Positions 27,959 through 38,280 of a stretch of DNA of 64,000 bases are shown piece by piece. The notes below the pieces were generated by a model. It was given only the letters and a program-made list of their open reading frames with translations, made no database searches and was not told the DNA's origin. Location of the stretch: assembly GCF_900538805.1 (NCBI RefSeq), contig NZ_UPZP01000001.1, positions 555 through 64,554 of the forward strand. The letters are read 5' to 3'. Source of the DNA: an uncultured Dialister sp. GTDB taxonomy: Bacteria; Bacillota; Negativicutes; Veillonellales; Dialisteraceae. Each line of letters starts with the position of its first letter. Position 1 is the stretch's first letter. A program made the translations under genes and the position numbers.

Positions 27959-29155
27959 TTATTTCTTTTCCTTCTGTTCTTTGGCCAGACGGATAACCTT
28001 CTTAGCCCCTTCATCCATGGAAGATGCAGGGAAAAGGTTCACAATATTCGCTTCATGGAGGATTTCCCGTCCTCTTTCCACATTCCGCCCTTCCAGCCGA
28101 ACCACCACGGGGATGGGGAACTCTTCCTTCCCGCCGGAAAGGAGAGCTGCCGCCTCCACAATGCCCGTGGCAATGACGTCGCACTTATTGATGCCGCCGA
28201 AAATATTAATCAGGATGCCATGGACCTGGTCATCCTCCAGCATGATTTTGAAGGCCGCCACAATCTTCTCCGGTGTAGAATCGCCGCCTACATCCAGGAA
28301 ATTGGCCGGTTCCCCACCGTTCTCCTTGATAATATCCACCGTAGCCATGGCAAGACCCGCACCGTTGACCATGCAGGCCACGTCGCCGCCCAGATTGACA
28401 TAGTTCAGCCCTTCCGCAGCAGCCTCCCTTTCCTTCTGGTCCTCCTCTGTAATATCACGGAGCGCTACGATTTCCGGATGGCGGGACAGGGTACTGTCAT
28501 CAAAATTCAGCTTCGCATCCAGCGCCAGCACCTCATTTTCCTCCGTCACCACCAGCGGATTGCACTCTGCCAGGGAGCAGTCCTTGTCCACGAAAAGTTT
28601 GTACAGATATTTCATGAAAGTCTTCGCCTTCGGCACCACCGCCTGCTCCATGTGGAGAGCATAGGCCATGCGGACCGCCTGGAAATCGGCCAGGCCGATG
28701 GCCGGGTCGATATATTCCTTCAGGATGGCATCCGGATTTTCCGCCGCCACATCTTCGATGGACATGCCGCCGGATTCGGAGCACATCATCACCACGCAGC
28801 GGGACTCCCGGTCCACCACAAAGGAAATATAATATTCCTTCTTAATATGGGCGCCCGCTTCGATGAGAAGGCGGTTCACCTTCTTCCCCTGGGGCCCGGT
28901 CTGTCGGGTTACCAGAGTGCTTCCCAGAAGAGCCTTCGCATACTTTTTCACCTCATCCAGTGAATGGGCCAGCTTCACGCCTCCCGCCTCGCCGCGGCCG
29001 CCGGCATGAATCTGCGCCTTCACCACCACCACCGGCGTGCCGATACGCTTCGCAGCAGCCACCGCATCTTCCACGGTGAATGCCGGATATCCTTCAGGCA
29101 CATGAATGCCATATTCCTTCATAATGGCCTTGCTCTGATATTCATGTATATTCAT
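27959..29155 (-). CDS. sucC: Succinyl-CoA synthetase beta subunit.
   Basis: ATP-grasp N-terminus ([17 protein letters not shown]...) and ligase-CoA C-terminus. ATG 29155 with AAGGGGG 6 nt upstream. Confidence 0.95.
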   Translation of the reverse strand: MNIHEYQSKAIMKEYGIHVPEGYPAFTVEDAVAAAKRIGTPVVVVKAQIHAGGRGEAGGVKLAHSLDEVKKYAKALLGSTLVTRQTGPQGKKVNRLLIEAGAHIKKEYYISFVVDRESRCVVMMCSESGGMSIEDVAAENPDAILKEYIDPAIGLADFQAVRMAYALHMEQAVVPKAKTFMKYLYKLFVDKDCSLAECNPLVVTEENEVLALDAKLNFDDSTLSRHPEIVALRDITEEDQKEREAAAEGLNYVNLGGDVACMVNGAGLAMATVDIIKENGGEPANFLDVGGDSTPEKIVAAFKIMLEDDQVHGILINIFGGINKCDVIATGIVEAAALLSGGKEEFPIPVVVRLEGRNVERGREILHEANIVNLFPASSMDEGAKKVIRLAKEQKEKK

Positions 29156-29370
29156 AAACATCCCCCTTTTCGGAAACGAAAGAACCGCCGCTGCGGTTCC
29201 AGAGAAGCAGACATGAAGTCAATGCCTCCCTCTTTTTCGTTTATCAAATTACATTTCTTATCATATCACCTTATGTGTCAGCAAAAAAGATGATGCCCCA
29301 TAAATAAGGTACTCTTTGCGAAATTAGCATAGCCTATATGGAGTATAGTGAGAAAAAGGGATAATATACT

Positions 29371-29535
29371 GGCTGCGCCTATTGGGCGCGAATGGGTTCA
29401 GAGGGTTCAGAGGGTTCAGAGGGTGATGGCAGCGGCTGCGCCGCAGTATTTAGCCTGCGTTACATACTTTCCTTCCCGCTTCCCTAGTCATCCTGAATGT
29501 TGATAAATCCCAATCGGCGGGAAGGAATGCAAATA
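29371..29535. repeat. Composite repeat element, locus 8 (short form).
   Basis: GGTTCAGAG x3, the hairpin gcagcggctgcgccgc, and ccttcccgc..gtcatcctgaa..caatcggcgggaagg. Confidence 0.75.
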
Positions 29536-29830
29536 TCGCGGGCACACCTAAACATGCACAGCCCTCATTTTATGAAGAGCCAAACCGATGAATAAATCTG
29601 TATCTTTTTCTCCCCCTGATACCTCCTCCCCTCCCCCGTGACTATCCCTATAGAAACAGCACCGGCGAAGTCCCCTCAGAAATCCTGCAGGCGCCCATCC
29701 ATGGAGCAGGAGGGAGGGGATGGATAGGAGGCTGCTTCGCTTCAGTGCACTGAAAAATGGAAAATCAAGAGCATAACGGCCAGGGGTAAGGCAGGACGGA
29801 CTGCCTGATGTGGTATGCTCTTTTCCATGC

Positions 29831-29865
29831 AAAAAGGCTTCACACATGTCTGTGAGGCCTTTTTG
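29831..29865 (-). terminator. Terminator downstream of the TerC-family gene.
   Basis: aaaaaggcttcacacatgtctgtgaggccttttt. Confidence 0.6.
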
Positions 29866-29877
29866 ACGTGGAGAATT

Positions 29878-30546
29878 TTATTTCCTATGGCTTTTGAGGT
29901 ATCCCAGGACGCAGACGGCGAGGGCCAGGAAGGCGGGGAGTCCCGTTTCTATCCAGCTGCCCATCGCATTTTCAATCACCGGACCCAGAACTTTGTCGTG
30001 AAGGAACATGGTGCCGGAGGTCCAGCCAATCATGGCGGCACCGGCGTACATGAGGAAGGGGAAGCGATCCAGCACTTTTCCTATGAGCTGGCTTCCCATG
30101 ACGATGATGGGGATGCTTACCATGAGGCCGAAGACCACCAGAAGGAAATCGCCGTTGGCGGCGCCGGCTACGGAGAGGATGTTATCGATGGACATGAGGA
30201 AATCCGCCAGGATAATGGTTTTCACCGCAGTCCACAAGTTATCGGAGGCTTCAATGTGCGGGTCTTCGTCTCCCGGCGCCAGAAGGTGGATGGCAATGGG
30301 GATGAGGAGGATGCCGCCCAGCACCTGAAGGTAGGGAATGGTGAGAAGCCATACGGCCACAACGGTTAGGACCATGCGGAGCCCTACGGCGCCTATGGTA
30401 CCGATCAGGATCGCTTTTTTCCGCTCCTTTTCCGGGAGGCGGTTGGAAGCCATGGCAATGACCACCGCGTTGTCCCCTCCCAGGGATAAATCCATCAATA
30501 TAATGGCTCCTACGCTGAGCCAGAACTGCAGTGTAAATATTTCCAT
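29878..30546 (-). CDS. TerC-family integral membrane protein.
   Basis: Seven predicted transmembrane helices. The conserved GGDNAVVIA and SIDNILSVAG repeats are present. ATG 30546 with GAAAGGGA upstream. Confidence 0.85.
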   Translation of the reverse strand: MEIFTLQFWLSVGAIILMDLSLGGDNAVVIAMASNRLPEKERKKAILIGTIGAVGLRMVLTVVAVWLLTIPYLQVLGGILLIPIAIHLLAPGDEDPHIEASDNLWTAVKTIILADFLMSIDNILSVAGAANGDFLLVVFGLMVSIPIIVMGSQLIGKVLDRFPFLMYAGAAMIGWTSGTMFLHDKVLGPVIENAMGSWIETGLPAFLALAVCVLGYLKSHRK

Positions 30547-30649
30547 GGTTGTCCCTTTCACAATAAAAGAAACGGCATGATTCACTGCCGTTTCTTTCCA
30601 ATGAATAACTGTCAGTCATTATTATAGTCGTTCTTATGGAGGTGTCAAA
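30547..30649 (-). promoter_or_regulatory. Sigma-70 promoter plus a short leader with an intrinsic-terminator-like hairpin upstream of the TerC-family gene.
   Basis: Minus strand reads TTGACA-17-TATAAT. The leader carries gaaagaaacggcagugaaucaugccguuucuuuuauug before the SD. Confidence 0.45.
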
Positions 30650-30661
30650 TGGATGAGAAAT

Positions 30662-31360
30662 TAGACGATAGAAGATAGAAGATAGATGGTAGATGGTAGA
30701 CGATAGAAAATAGATGATAGACTTCAGACTTCTGGCTTCCGGCTTCAGACGTTTTCTAAGGAAGAGGATGAGTCATTCAGCATGCTTTCCGGACTGCCGG
30801 TATTTATTGGCATTTCTGTCACTTGCGGTTCTTACCAAGATTCTTCGCTTCGCTCAGAATGACTGCCGCGGAAGGAGAAGAAAGAAGCATTCGGCATGCT
30901 TTCCGGACTGCCGGTATTTACTGGCATTTCTGTCACTTACGATTCTTGCCAAGATTCTTCGCTGGCGCTCAGAATGACCGGCGTGGAGAGGAGAAAGAAT
31001 CATTCAGCATGCTTTCCGGACTACCGGTATTTACCGGCGTTCCTGTCAATTACGACTCTTACCAAGATTCTTCGCTGGCGCTCAGAATGACCGGCGTGGA
31101 GAGGAGAAAGAAGCATTCAGTATGCTTTCCGGACTGCCGGTATTTATTGGCGTTCCTGCCACTTGCAACTCTTACCAAGATTCTTCGCTGGCGCTCAGAA
31201 TGACCGGCGTGGAGAGGAGAAAGAATCATTCGGCATGCTTTCCGGACTGCCGGTATTTACCGGCGCTTCTATCACTTACAATGCTTACCAGGATTCTTCG
31301 CTGGCGCTCAGAATGACCGGCCCCGGGAACGGCGCCAAGGACACGAAGCCGGAAACCTAA
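30662..31360. repeat. GATAGAA / GCCGGAA tandems followed by a 5 x ~113-bp tandem array.
   Basis: Units begin at 30781, 30896, 31009, 31122 and 31235. Each reads ATGCTTTCCGGACTGCCGGTATTTA-(variable 25 nt)-ACCAAGATTCTTCGCTGGCGCTCAGAATGACCGGCGTGGAGAGGAGAAAGAA. Confidence 0.9.
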
Positions 31361-31367
31361 AGCCCTC

Positions 31368-31964
31368 TCACTCCTCTGCCTTTCCGATGGTGCCCAGTTT
31401 TTCCAGAAGGTCGATGTGGATGGGTGTGTAGGTGCCGGGGTGTTTTCTCAGGTAGAACTGTTCTTCTTCCGGCGCTTCGTAGAAGTTTTCCAGCGGTTTC
31501 ATTTCTGTCCTGATTTTCGGGCGTCTTCCGCCTTCGCCTTCAAATTCGTTGAAAACGATGGCGGCGTCGGTCATGCGGCGGGTGATGCCCCGGTTCTGCA
31601 GGAAGATGAGGTAGTAGGAGATCTGCATGGTGTCTTCGCGGCTGGTGTAGTAAACGCCGCTTTTGAACTGGGGCCCCACGGCTTTTCCCTGGATTCCGTC
31701 GGTGTAGGGGTTGATGATGGTGAAGAAGAGGGAGAGGAGGCTCACGATGTCGATTTTCTTTGGGTTGTAGATAACCTGTATGCATTCTCTGCCTTCCACT
31801 TTCCCGCTGTATATGTCTTCTTTGGAGGGCGCCTCCCGGCTGCAGTTGGCAAAGCCCGCCCGCACCCGGGCTACGCCTTTGACCCGGGAGAAGACTTCCT
31901 GCAGTCCGTAGTAGGGTCCTCCTGCCAGGTACAGTTCTTTCATAAATGCTCCGTTAATGTACAT
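31368..31964 (-). CDS. msrA: MsrA-like protein (peptide methionine sulfoxide reductase fold) lacking the canonical catalytic Cys.
   Basis: Homologous to MsrA across the whole length (EA.Q..Y.P, G.QY.S.IYY), but the GCFWG motif reads AGGPYYG. AAAGGAGGAA lies 6 nt before ATG 31964. Confidence 0.75.
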   Translation of the reverse strand: MYINGAFMKELYLAGGPYYGLQEVFSRVKGVARVRAGFANCSREAPSKEDIYSGKVEGRECIQVIYNPKKIDIVSLLSLFFTIINPYTDGIQGKAVGPQFKSGVYYTSREDTMQISYYLIFLQNRGITRRMTDAAIVFNEFEGEGGRRPKIRTEMKPLENFYEAPEEEQFYLRKHPGTYTPIHIDLLEKLGTIGKAEE

Positions 31965-31985
31965 AGTTTCCTCCTTTATTTCATA

Positions 31986-32019
31986 AAAAGGGAGCGTCCG
32001 GAAACGGGCGCTCCCTTTT
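31986..32019 (-). terminator. Bidirectional terminator between the meaB and msrA-like genes.
   Basis: aaaagggagcg-tccggaaacgg-gcgctccctttt. Confidence 0.65.
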
Positions 32020-32034
32020 GAAATTCAGATTTCC

Positions 32035-33201
32035 TCAGGAATCCAGATGGCGGGCGGCGGCTCTGTCAAGGTCGAATGTCTTAATCAGTTCCGCCACTGC
32101 CTGGCTGGGCGATACCACACCTGCCAGCACCGCTGCCCTCACTTCCGGAAGTCTGCCTTTGATGACAGGGTCTTCGTAGAAGAGGTTGTGCAGGTGCTCG
32201 TCAATCATGGTCTTCACCCAGGCGATAATCTGCCGCTGGCGGCGGTTTTCAAAGGCGCCGGACTGTTTCGTCACCTTTTCAAATTCCCGCATCACCGCCC
32301 AAAGCTCTAAGAGCCCTGTTTTTTTCAGGGCGGAGCAGCGATAGGCGTGGGTTTTCCAGCCTTCCGTGGCGGGGCGGATAAATTCCACCATCCGTTCATA
32401 TTCGCCCTGGGTGACCTTGGCCCTTTCCAGATTGTCGCCATCTGCCTTATTGACTACGATGGCGTCTGCCAGTTCCATGATGCCTTTCTTGATGCCCTGC
32501 AGGTCATCGCCTGCACCGGTGAGGACCACCAGCATGAAGAAATCGACCATGGAGCGGACCGTGGTTTCGGACTGTCCTACGCCGACGGTTTCCACCAGGA
32601 TCACGTTGCAGCCTGCGGCTTCGCAGAGCATCATGGTTTCACGGCTTTTTCTGGCCACACCGCCCAGGGTGCCGCCGGAGGGAGAGGGTCTGATGAAGCA
32701 GTTTGGCTCCCGGGACAGTTTCTGCATTCTGGTCTTATCCCCCAGGATGGACCCGCCGGTGATGGAGCTGGTGGGGTCCACCGCCAGCACGGCCACTTTA
32801 TAGCCCTGCTGGCAGAGGAGCTGTCCGAAGGCTTCGATGAATGTACTTTTCCCTGCGCCGGGAACGCCGGTAATCCCGATGCGAAGGGAGTGTCCGGTTC
32901 TTGGAAGGAGTGCCTGCAGCACGCGCTGGGCTTTGTCGAAGTCCTTGGGAGCATTGCTCTCGATGAGGGTAATGGCCCTGGCCAGTATCATACGATCCCC
33001 CTTCTTCACGCCTTCCACGTAGTCTTCCACGGACATTTTCTTCCGAAGAGGCACGCGGCGAAGGTTTTCCTTCGGGTAGTACTTGGCGCTGGTGACGCTG
33101 TTCACGGCACTGTCAATCCCGCGCATGACGGTACAGGCAAATTCAGGGTTCTTTTCCTTCGGCACCCAGCTGGGTCTCAGGTCATCATCGTTATCAGGCA
33201 T
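32035..33201 (-). CDS. meaB: Methylmalonyl-CoA mutase accessory GTPase MeaB/ArgK.
   Basis: P-loop GVPGAGKST, switch motifs DPTS...GG.LGD and NKAD. The start is uncertain: the first ATG is 33201; an internal ATG at 33036 would give a 333 aa canonical length. Confidence 0.85.
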   Translation of the reverse strand: MPDNDDDLRPSWVPKEKNPEFACTVMRGIDSAVNSVTSAKYYPKENLRRVPLRKKMSVEDYVEGVKKGDRMILARAITLIESNAPKDFDKAQRVLQALLPRTGHSLRIGITGVPGAGKSTFIEAFGQLLCQQGYKVAVLAVDPTSSITGGSILGDKTRMQKLSREPNCFIRPSPSGGTLGGVARKSRETMMLCEAAGCNVILVETVGVGQSETTVRSMVDFFMLVVLTGAGDDLQGIKKGIMELADAIVVNKADGDNLERAKVTQGEYERMVEFIRPATEGWKTHAYRCSALKKTGLLELWAVMREFEKVTKQSGAFENRRQRQIIAWVKTMIDEHLHNLFYEDPVIKGRLPEVRAAVLAGVVSPSQAVAELIKTFDLDRAAARHLDS

Positions 33202-33212
33202 AAGCGCTTACC

Positions 33213-35408
33213 TTAACCTTCCCTGGCTTCAGCTTTAGCGCGGTCTACAAGAATCTGCAGAAGTTCGATGCAGCACTTCGGGATGTTGGTGCCCGGTCCG
33301 AAGATGGCGGTGGCGCCATGGTCATAGAGGAACTGGTAGTCCTGGGGCGGGATAACGCCGCCGATGCAGACGAGGATATCGCTGCGGCCCCGTTTCTTCA
33401 GTTCTTCCACCAGAGCAGGAAGCAGTGTCTTGTGGCCTGCTGCCAAAGAGGAGAAGCCAACAATATGAACATCGTTATCTACGGCATCCTGGGCAGCTTC
33501 TTCCGGTGTCTGGAAGAGAGGACCTACGTCCACGTCCCAGCCCATGTCGGCAAAGGAGGATGCCAGTACCTTCTGGCCTCTGTCGTGTCCGTCCTGGCCC
33601 ATCTTGCAGAAGAAGATACGGGGGCGGCGGCCTTCGAGCTGTTCAAATTCATCAATCAGTTTCTTGGCCTTGTCAAACTGTCCGTTATCCTGGAATTCGC
33701 TGGAGTAAACGCCGGATACGGTATGGATGGTGGCGTTGTAGCGGCCGGATACCTTTTCCACGGCGTCGGAAATTTCACCAAGGGAGCAGCGGTCATGGGC
33801 TGCCTGTACGGCGGCATCCAGAAGGTTGCCGTTTTCGCGGCTTTCCGCACATTTGGTGATGTGTTCCAGATCCCGGCGTACCTTTTCGGGGTCCCGGATG
33901 GAGCGAAGTTTTTCAAGGCGCTTAATCTGTGCGTTCCGAACGGCGGTGTTATCTATGGAGAGGACGTTCAGCGGATCTTCCTTGGCCAGACGGTACTTGT
34001 TCAGGCCTACGATGGTTTCTCTGCCGGAGTCGATGTCTGCCTGGCGGCGGGCAGCGCATTCCTCGATACGCATCTTCGGAAGGCCGGTGGCAATGGCCTT
34101 GGCCATGCCGCCCAGGGATTCCACTTCCTGGATATGGGCCCAGGACCGTTTAATCATTTCATTGGTCAGGTATTCCAGGTAGTAGGAGCCGCCCCAGGGG
34201 TCGATAATCTTGCAGACTTTAGTTTCATCCTGGATATAGAGCTGTGTATTTCTTGCCAGACGGGCGGAGAAATCTGTCGGCAGTGCGATGGCTTCATCCA
34301 GCGCATTGGTGTGCAGGGACTGGGTGTGGCCCAGAGCTGCGGACATGGCTTCCATACAGGTCCTGGTGATGTTGTTGAAGGGGTCCTGTTCGGTGAGGGA
34401 CCAGCCGGAGGTCTGGGAATGGGTACGGAGGGCCATGGATTTAGGATTCTTGGCGCCGAAGCCCTTCAGAATCTTGGCCCACAGCACTCTGGCGGCCCTC
34501 ATTTTGGCCACTTCCATGAAGTAGTTCTTGCCCTGGTCCCAGAAGAAGGACAGACGTTTGGCGAAGGCATCCACCGGCAGTCCTGCTTTTTCGCCGCAGC
34601 GGATGTATTCCATGCCGTCGGCCAGGGTGTAGCCCAGTTCCAGGTCGCAGGTAGCGCCGCATTCCTGGATGTGGTAGCCGGAAATGGAAATGGAGTTGAA
34701 TTTCGGCATGTACTTGGTGGTGTATTCGAAGATATCGCCGATGATGCGCATGGACATGGCCGGCGGATAGATGTAGGTGTTGCGGACCATGAATTCCTTC
34801 AGGATATCATTCTGGATGGTGCCCTGGAGAATCTTCCTGTCCACGCCCTGTTCAATGCCGGCGCAGATGAAGAAGGCCAGGATAGGAAGGACGGCGCCGT
34901 TCATGGTCATGGATACGGACATCTGGTCCAGCGGAATGCCATCGAAGAGGATGTTCATATCCAGCATGGAACATACCGATACGCCTGCCTTGCCCACATC
35001 GCCTACAACGCGGGGGTTGTCCGCATCGTAGCCGCGATGGGTTGGAAGGTCGAATGCAATGGACAGCCCTTTCTGTCCGGCAGCCAGGTTTCTTTTATAG
35101 AAAGCGTTGGATTCTTCGGCGGTGGAGAAGCCGGCGTACTGGCGTACGGTCCATGGACGGAATACGTACATGGTGGAGTATGGACCTCTCAGGAAGGGCG
35201 GGATGCCGCTCATGAAATCCAGATGATTGCATTCTTTGTAAATGTCCTTGGTGTAGAGCGGACCTACGGGGATACGTTCCAGGGTGGTGTCATACAAATC
35301 ATTGTAGGATTTGCCGGTGGTTTCTTCCAGGTCCTTTTTCCAGGTGTCGTAATCGCAGGAAGGATGGGCTTCCAGGTCGAGTTTTGTGAAATCGGGATTC
35401 ATTGCCAT
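33213..35408 (-). CDS. mutB: Methylmalonyl-CoA mutase large (catalytic, B12-binding) subunit.
   Basis: TIM-barrel substrate domain ([40 protein letters not shown]) and a C-terminal cobalamin domain with DGHDRG. AGAGGAGG upstream. Confidence 0.95.
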   Translation of the reverse strand: MAMNPDFTKLDLEAHPSCDYDTWKKDLEETTGKSYNDLYDTTLERIPVGPLYTKDIYKECNHLDFMSGIPPFLRGPYSTMYVFRPWTVRQYAGFSTAEESNAFYKRNLAAGQKGLSIAFDLPTHRGYDADNPRVVGDVGKAGVSVCSMLDMNILFDGIPLDQMSVSMTMNGAVLPILAFFICAGIEQGVDRKILQGTIQNDILKEFMVRNTYIYPPAMSMRIIGDIFEYTTKYMPKFNSISISGYHIQECGATCDLELGYTLADGMEYIRCGEKAGLPVDAFAKRLSFFWDQGKNYFMEVAKMRAARVLWAKILKGFGAKNPKSMALRTHSQTSGWSLTEQDPFNNITRTCMEAMSAALGHTQSLHTNALDEAIALPTDFSARLARNTQLYIQDETKVCKIIDPWGGSYYLEYLTNEMIKRSWAHIQEVESLGGMAKAIATGLPKMRIEECAARRQADIDSGRETIVGLNKYRLAKEDPLNVLSIDNTAVRNAQIKRLEKLRSIRDPEKVRRDLEHITKCAESRENGNLLDAAVQAAHDRCSLGEISDAVEKVSGRYNATIHTVSGVYSSEFQDNGQFDKAKKLIDEFEQLEGRRPRIFFCKMGQDGHDRGQKVLASSFADMGWDVDVGPLFQTPEEAAQDAVDNDVHIVGFSSLAAGHKTLLPALVEELKKRGRSDILVCIGGVIPPQDYQFLYDHGATAIFGPGTNIPKCCIELLQILVDRAKAEAREG

Positions 35409-35409
35409 A

Positions 35410-37689
35410 TTATTTTACCTCCTCTTCCGTAATCTTCATGCCTTTTTCTCTCTGAAGACTGCGGATGATCTCATAGCAGTTTGCCTTCACACTGATGAAA
35501 TCGTCAACACCGGCATCTCGATATGTCTGTTCCAGGTCCTTAGGCGCTGCGCCTGCCAGGAAAACCTTCCCTTTGCCGAGTACTTTCTTCAGACGGGGAG
35601 CCAGGGCCGGTACGTCTTCCGGATAGGTATCATCCTTGGAGCAGATGACGGCGCAGTCATAGGGTGTGCCCTTGTCATCGCAGCCTTTCTTCAGTGCTTC
35701 CACGCATTTATCCCAGCGGGAGCCCGGCTTTCCTTCATCATCCTGGAAGCCGTTGTTCAGATGGACATTGAATTCGCCTACCTGCAGGAAGGAGGTGGAG
35801 AAGTCGGCCCTTGCCTTGTGCTGCGGGATGCGGCCCATGTTGGCCAGGAATACTTCCACGTTCTTTCCTGTTTCCTTCTTGTAATTTTCCGTATCGAAGC
35901 GGAGCCGTTCGAACCGCTCTGTCCAGCGGTGTTCCGTAATGGGACGAACCTTTTCCACTTCTCCCTCCGGAGTGATGGCTTTGTATACCTCGTTCTGGGT
36001 GGCGCCGGCAGAGAAGGCTTCGATGGCTTTATCCAGCTTCCCTTCCGTGGGAGCTGCTTCCAGCTCTTCCAGCTTCCTGCCCAGATATTCCTTATCCATA
36101 TCCTTTCTGTAGTCCTCTACGGCCTTCACAAGCTGTTTCTTCAGGGCAGCCGTATCTTCCGGTCTTGGTTCGATGAGCTCTTCTGCCATGTTCGGATACA
36201 TGTTGTTGCCTACGGCCCGGTCCTTGCGGAAATCCAGTGCCTTGAAGCGCTGTTTCAGGATGGCAAGAATCTGTTCCTGCGGATGCTCTTCCTTGAGAGC
36301 CTTGGTGAAGCCGCCCATGGATTCGATTTTCTGGAATTCCTGCCAGATTTTTTCGGCCATTTCCTTGGTCAGGTGTTCCAGTGCCCAGGAGCCGCCGGCT
36401 GGGTCGATAGGACGGAGCATGCCGAATTCTTCCTGCAGGATAATGTGGGCATTTCTTGCAATACGGCGGGAGAATTCATCGCCCTTTCTCACCGTTTCAT
36501 CGTAAGGTTCGTTTTCGTAGGTATCTACGCCGCCTACCACAGCGGAGAACATGGCGGTGGTATTTCTAAGCATGTTCACGCCGGCATCAAAAATGGTGCG
36601 GTAGAAATAGGCAGGGCGGGAATGGATGCGGCAGCTTCTGTCCGCCTCTTCTGCACCGAAGGCCTTCATAATGTTGGCCCATACCTCCCGGGCAGCCCGG
36701 AGTTTGGCAATTTCGATGAAGAAAATGGTGCCCACGTTGAAGCCGAAGTTGATGGACTGGGCAATATCGTGGATGGAAATTCCTCTCTTTTCCATTTCAC
36801 GGATATATTCCACAGCCATGGCAAATGTATAGGCCACTTCCTGCACCGCATTGGCGCCGCCTCTGGAGAATACTTCGCTCCTCGGCATAATGGTGCGGAG
36901 GCCCGGTGCATTCTTCCTTGCCCAGCGGATGGATTCCGCCATGTCGTCGTAGCAGGCAGAAAGGGGTTTTGGCAGGGTGCCGTTCTTGGCCAGCTGGGAC
37001 AGGGGGTTGGCGCCGATGACGCCATGAAGTTTGCTGGTATCTTTTCCCTTTGCTTTCAGTGCAGCAGATACCAGCGCAATCATGCGGATGGAAGAAGGTC
37101 CGCAGTACATCATGAATGGATATGTTTCAAGGTCAAGACCGTCAAGAAGGCGGGCCATGTCTTCCAACGTGGTAATGGACACACCGGTATCCCCCGGTTT
37201 TACGGCGTCCTTCACATCCACGCCATCGGTGGAAGCACTGTCAAGGCGGACATTGTACACCGTGGAACCTTTGTCGATTTCATGTTTCAGGAGCTCATTA
37301 TTTTCAGAAGGCAGCGTTTCGTCGCAGGCCTGGGCAATCCCCCAGGGCGCTTCCTTGTAGCCGTTCACCGAAGCGCCGCGGAGATAATCGCCCATACCCG
37401 GATAATCGTCGGTGGGCAGGTCCTTATCCATAGCCACCGGGCCTGTGCGGAGCGTGTAGATAGGATCAAAGGTAATGCCTTCGTAGGTCTTTGTATACAT
37501 AAGCTTATCGAAGGGCTTCCCCTTCAGAAGAGCATTGCACGCATCAATCCATTCCTCCCATGTGGGCGGTGTAAACTCATCAAATTTAACTGCCGGGAAA
37601 TCCGTTTTTCCTTCTGATTTTTTAAGGATAGCTTCCAGTTCTTTATCTGTCAGCTGTTTTACCGGTTCCTGGGATTTCTGTTCATCCAT
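35410..37689 (-). CDS. mutA: Methylmalonyl-CoA mutase small subunit.
   Basis: Mutase-fold paralogue with no DxHxxG at the C-terminus; ends 1 nt before mutB. ATG at 37689 (MDEQKSQEP) with AAGGAGGA 8 nt upstream. The track ORF starts 8 codons earlier without an SD. Confidence 0.88.
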   Translation of the reverse strand: MDEQKSQEPVKQLTDKELEAILKKSEGKTDFPAVKFDEFTPPTWEEWIDACNALLKGKPFDKLMYTKTYEGITFDPIYTLRTGPVAMDKDLPTDDYPGMGDYLRGASVNGYKEAPWGIAQACDETLPSENNELLKHEIDKGSTVYNVRLDSASTDGVDVKDAVKPGDTGVSITTLEDMARLLDGLDLETYPFMMYCGPSSIRMIALVSAALKAKGKDTSKLHGVIGANPLSQLAKNGTLPKPLSACYDDMAESIRWARKNAPGLRTIMPRSEVFSRGGANAVQEVAYTFAMAVEYIREMEKRGISIHDIAQSINFGFNVGTIFFIEIAKLRAAREVWANIMKAFGAEEADRSCRIHSRPAYFYRTIFDAGVNMLRNTTAMFSAVVGGVDTYENEPYDETVRKGDEFSRRIARNAHIILQEEFGMLRPIDPAGGSWALEHLTKEMAEKIWQEFQKIESMGGFTKALKEEHPQEQILAILKQRFKALDFRKDRAVGNNMYPNMAEELIEPRPEDTAALKKQLVKAVEDYRKDMDKEYLGRKLEELEAAPTEGKLDKAIEAFSAGATQNEVYKAITPEGEVEKVRPITEHRWTERFERLRFDTENYKKETGKNVEVFLANMGRIPQHKARADFSTSFLQVGEFNVHLNNGFQDDEGKPGSRWDKCVEALKKGCDDKGTPYDCAVICSKDDTYPEDVPALAPRLKKVLGKGKVFLAGAAPKDLEQTYRDAGVDDFISVKANCYEIIRSLQREKGMKITEEEVK

Positions 37690-37802
37690 GAATATATCCT
37701 CCTTTGACAACATCAGAGAAGTAAAGAGTCCGATGATTTCAGTTCTTTTCCGGACAATTTCACCACTTGCGATGTTTCACCTCCTTCAAAGGTATTTACA
37801 TT

Positions 37803-38065
37803 AAAAAAGCCGGCACCTATAGATGGCAGCCGGTAAAAGGGACGCTGTGTCCCAATCCCCTCCCCATCGCTCGCAGGTTTGCGGAAACACTGAGTAACCA
37901 GTGCTTCCTTAACGGTGATTCATTGACAGATAGTTCTCCTGGCTCGGATTCCTCATGCCTGCTCGCCTTCCCAGGTTTCCCCAGTGACATCATTGAGCAG
38001 GTACTCCTCCTTACAGTGGCGGGACCGCTCCGGCTTATACCGGATTCTCTTTTATGCTTACGCAT
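37803..38065 (-). ncRNA. Candidate cobalamin riboswitch with an intrinsic terminator in the 5' leader of mutA-mutB-meaB.
   Basis: The minus-strand RNA contains ..AGAGAAUCCGGUAUAAGCCGGAGCGGUCCCGCCACUGUAAGG.. matching the conserved GGUG.AA.UCC...GC.G.CCCGC.ACUGUAA.G core. A B12-box-like GAGCCAGGAGAACU lies ~75 nt downstream. The hairpin accggcugccaucuauaggugccggcuuuuuu follows. Confidence 0.5.
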
Positions 38066-38104
38066 CTGTCAGCAATGTGAAATTGTCCAAAAGACTACAG
38101 TCAC

Positions 38105-38134
38105 AGTATAATTCATTATTTTCTAAATGTCAAT
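38105..38134 (-). promoter_or_regulatory. Putative promoter driving the riboswitch-like leader.
   Basis: Minus strand reads TTGACA-18-TATACT within an AT-rich divergent intergenic region. Confidence 0.4.
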
Positions 38135-38280
38135 TATTCTATTGTAATTTTTAGTTAATCTTATTGCTAAATAATACTATTATTTACAAATACTATTTGA
38201 AATTGAGCAGAATAAGGCAGTATAATGAGTAAAGATTAAACGTATCATTTGAATTTCAAAATAAAAGAAATGAGGAGACC

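Noticed and set aside
30896-31316. 64-aa ORFs (MLSGLPVFTG...SSLALRMTG...) and similar peptides (VILNAVLASPFR) predicted inside the repeat arrays. Also 5656-6090 and 5540-5860.
   Set aside because: The ORFs lie inside tandem units whose period (113 bp) is not a multiple of 3, so each copy is read in a different frame. Their similarity is a by-product of DNA repetition. No SD is present.
30781-31345. Possible CRISPR array.
   Set aside because: The units (~113 bp) are contiguous with no unique spacers. Differences between copies are point substitutions inside the unit. No cas genes nearby.
37714-37800. Possible upstream small ORF between the riboswitch terminator and mutA (GAAGGAGGTG followed by ATC...).
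   Set aside because: No ATG, GTG or TTG in suitable spacing after the SD-like sequence. More likely this is part of the leader.
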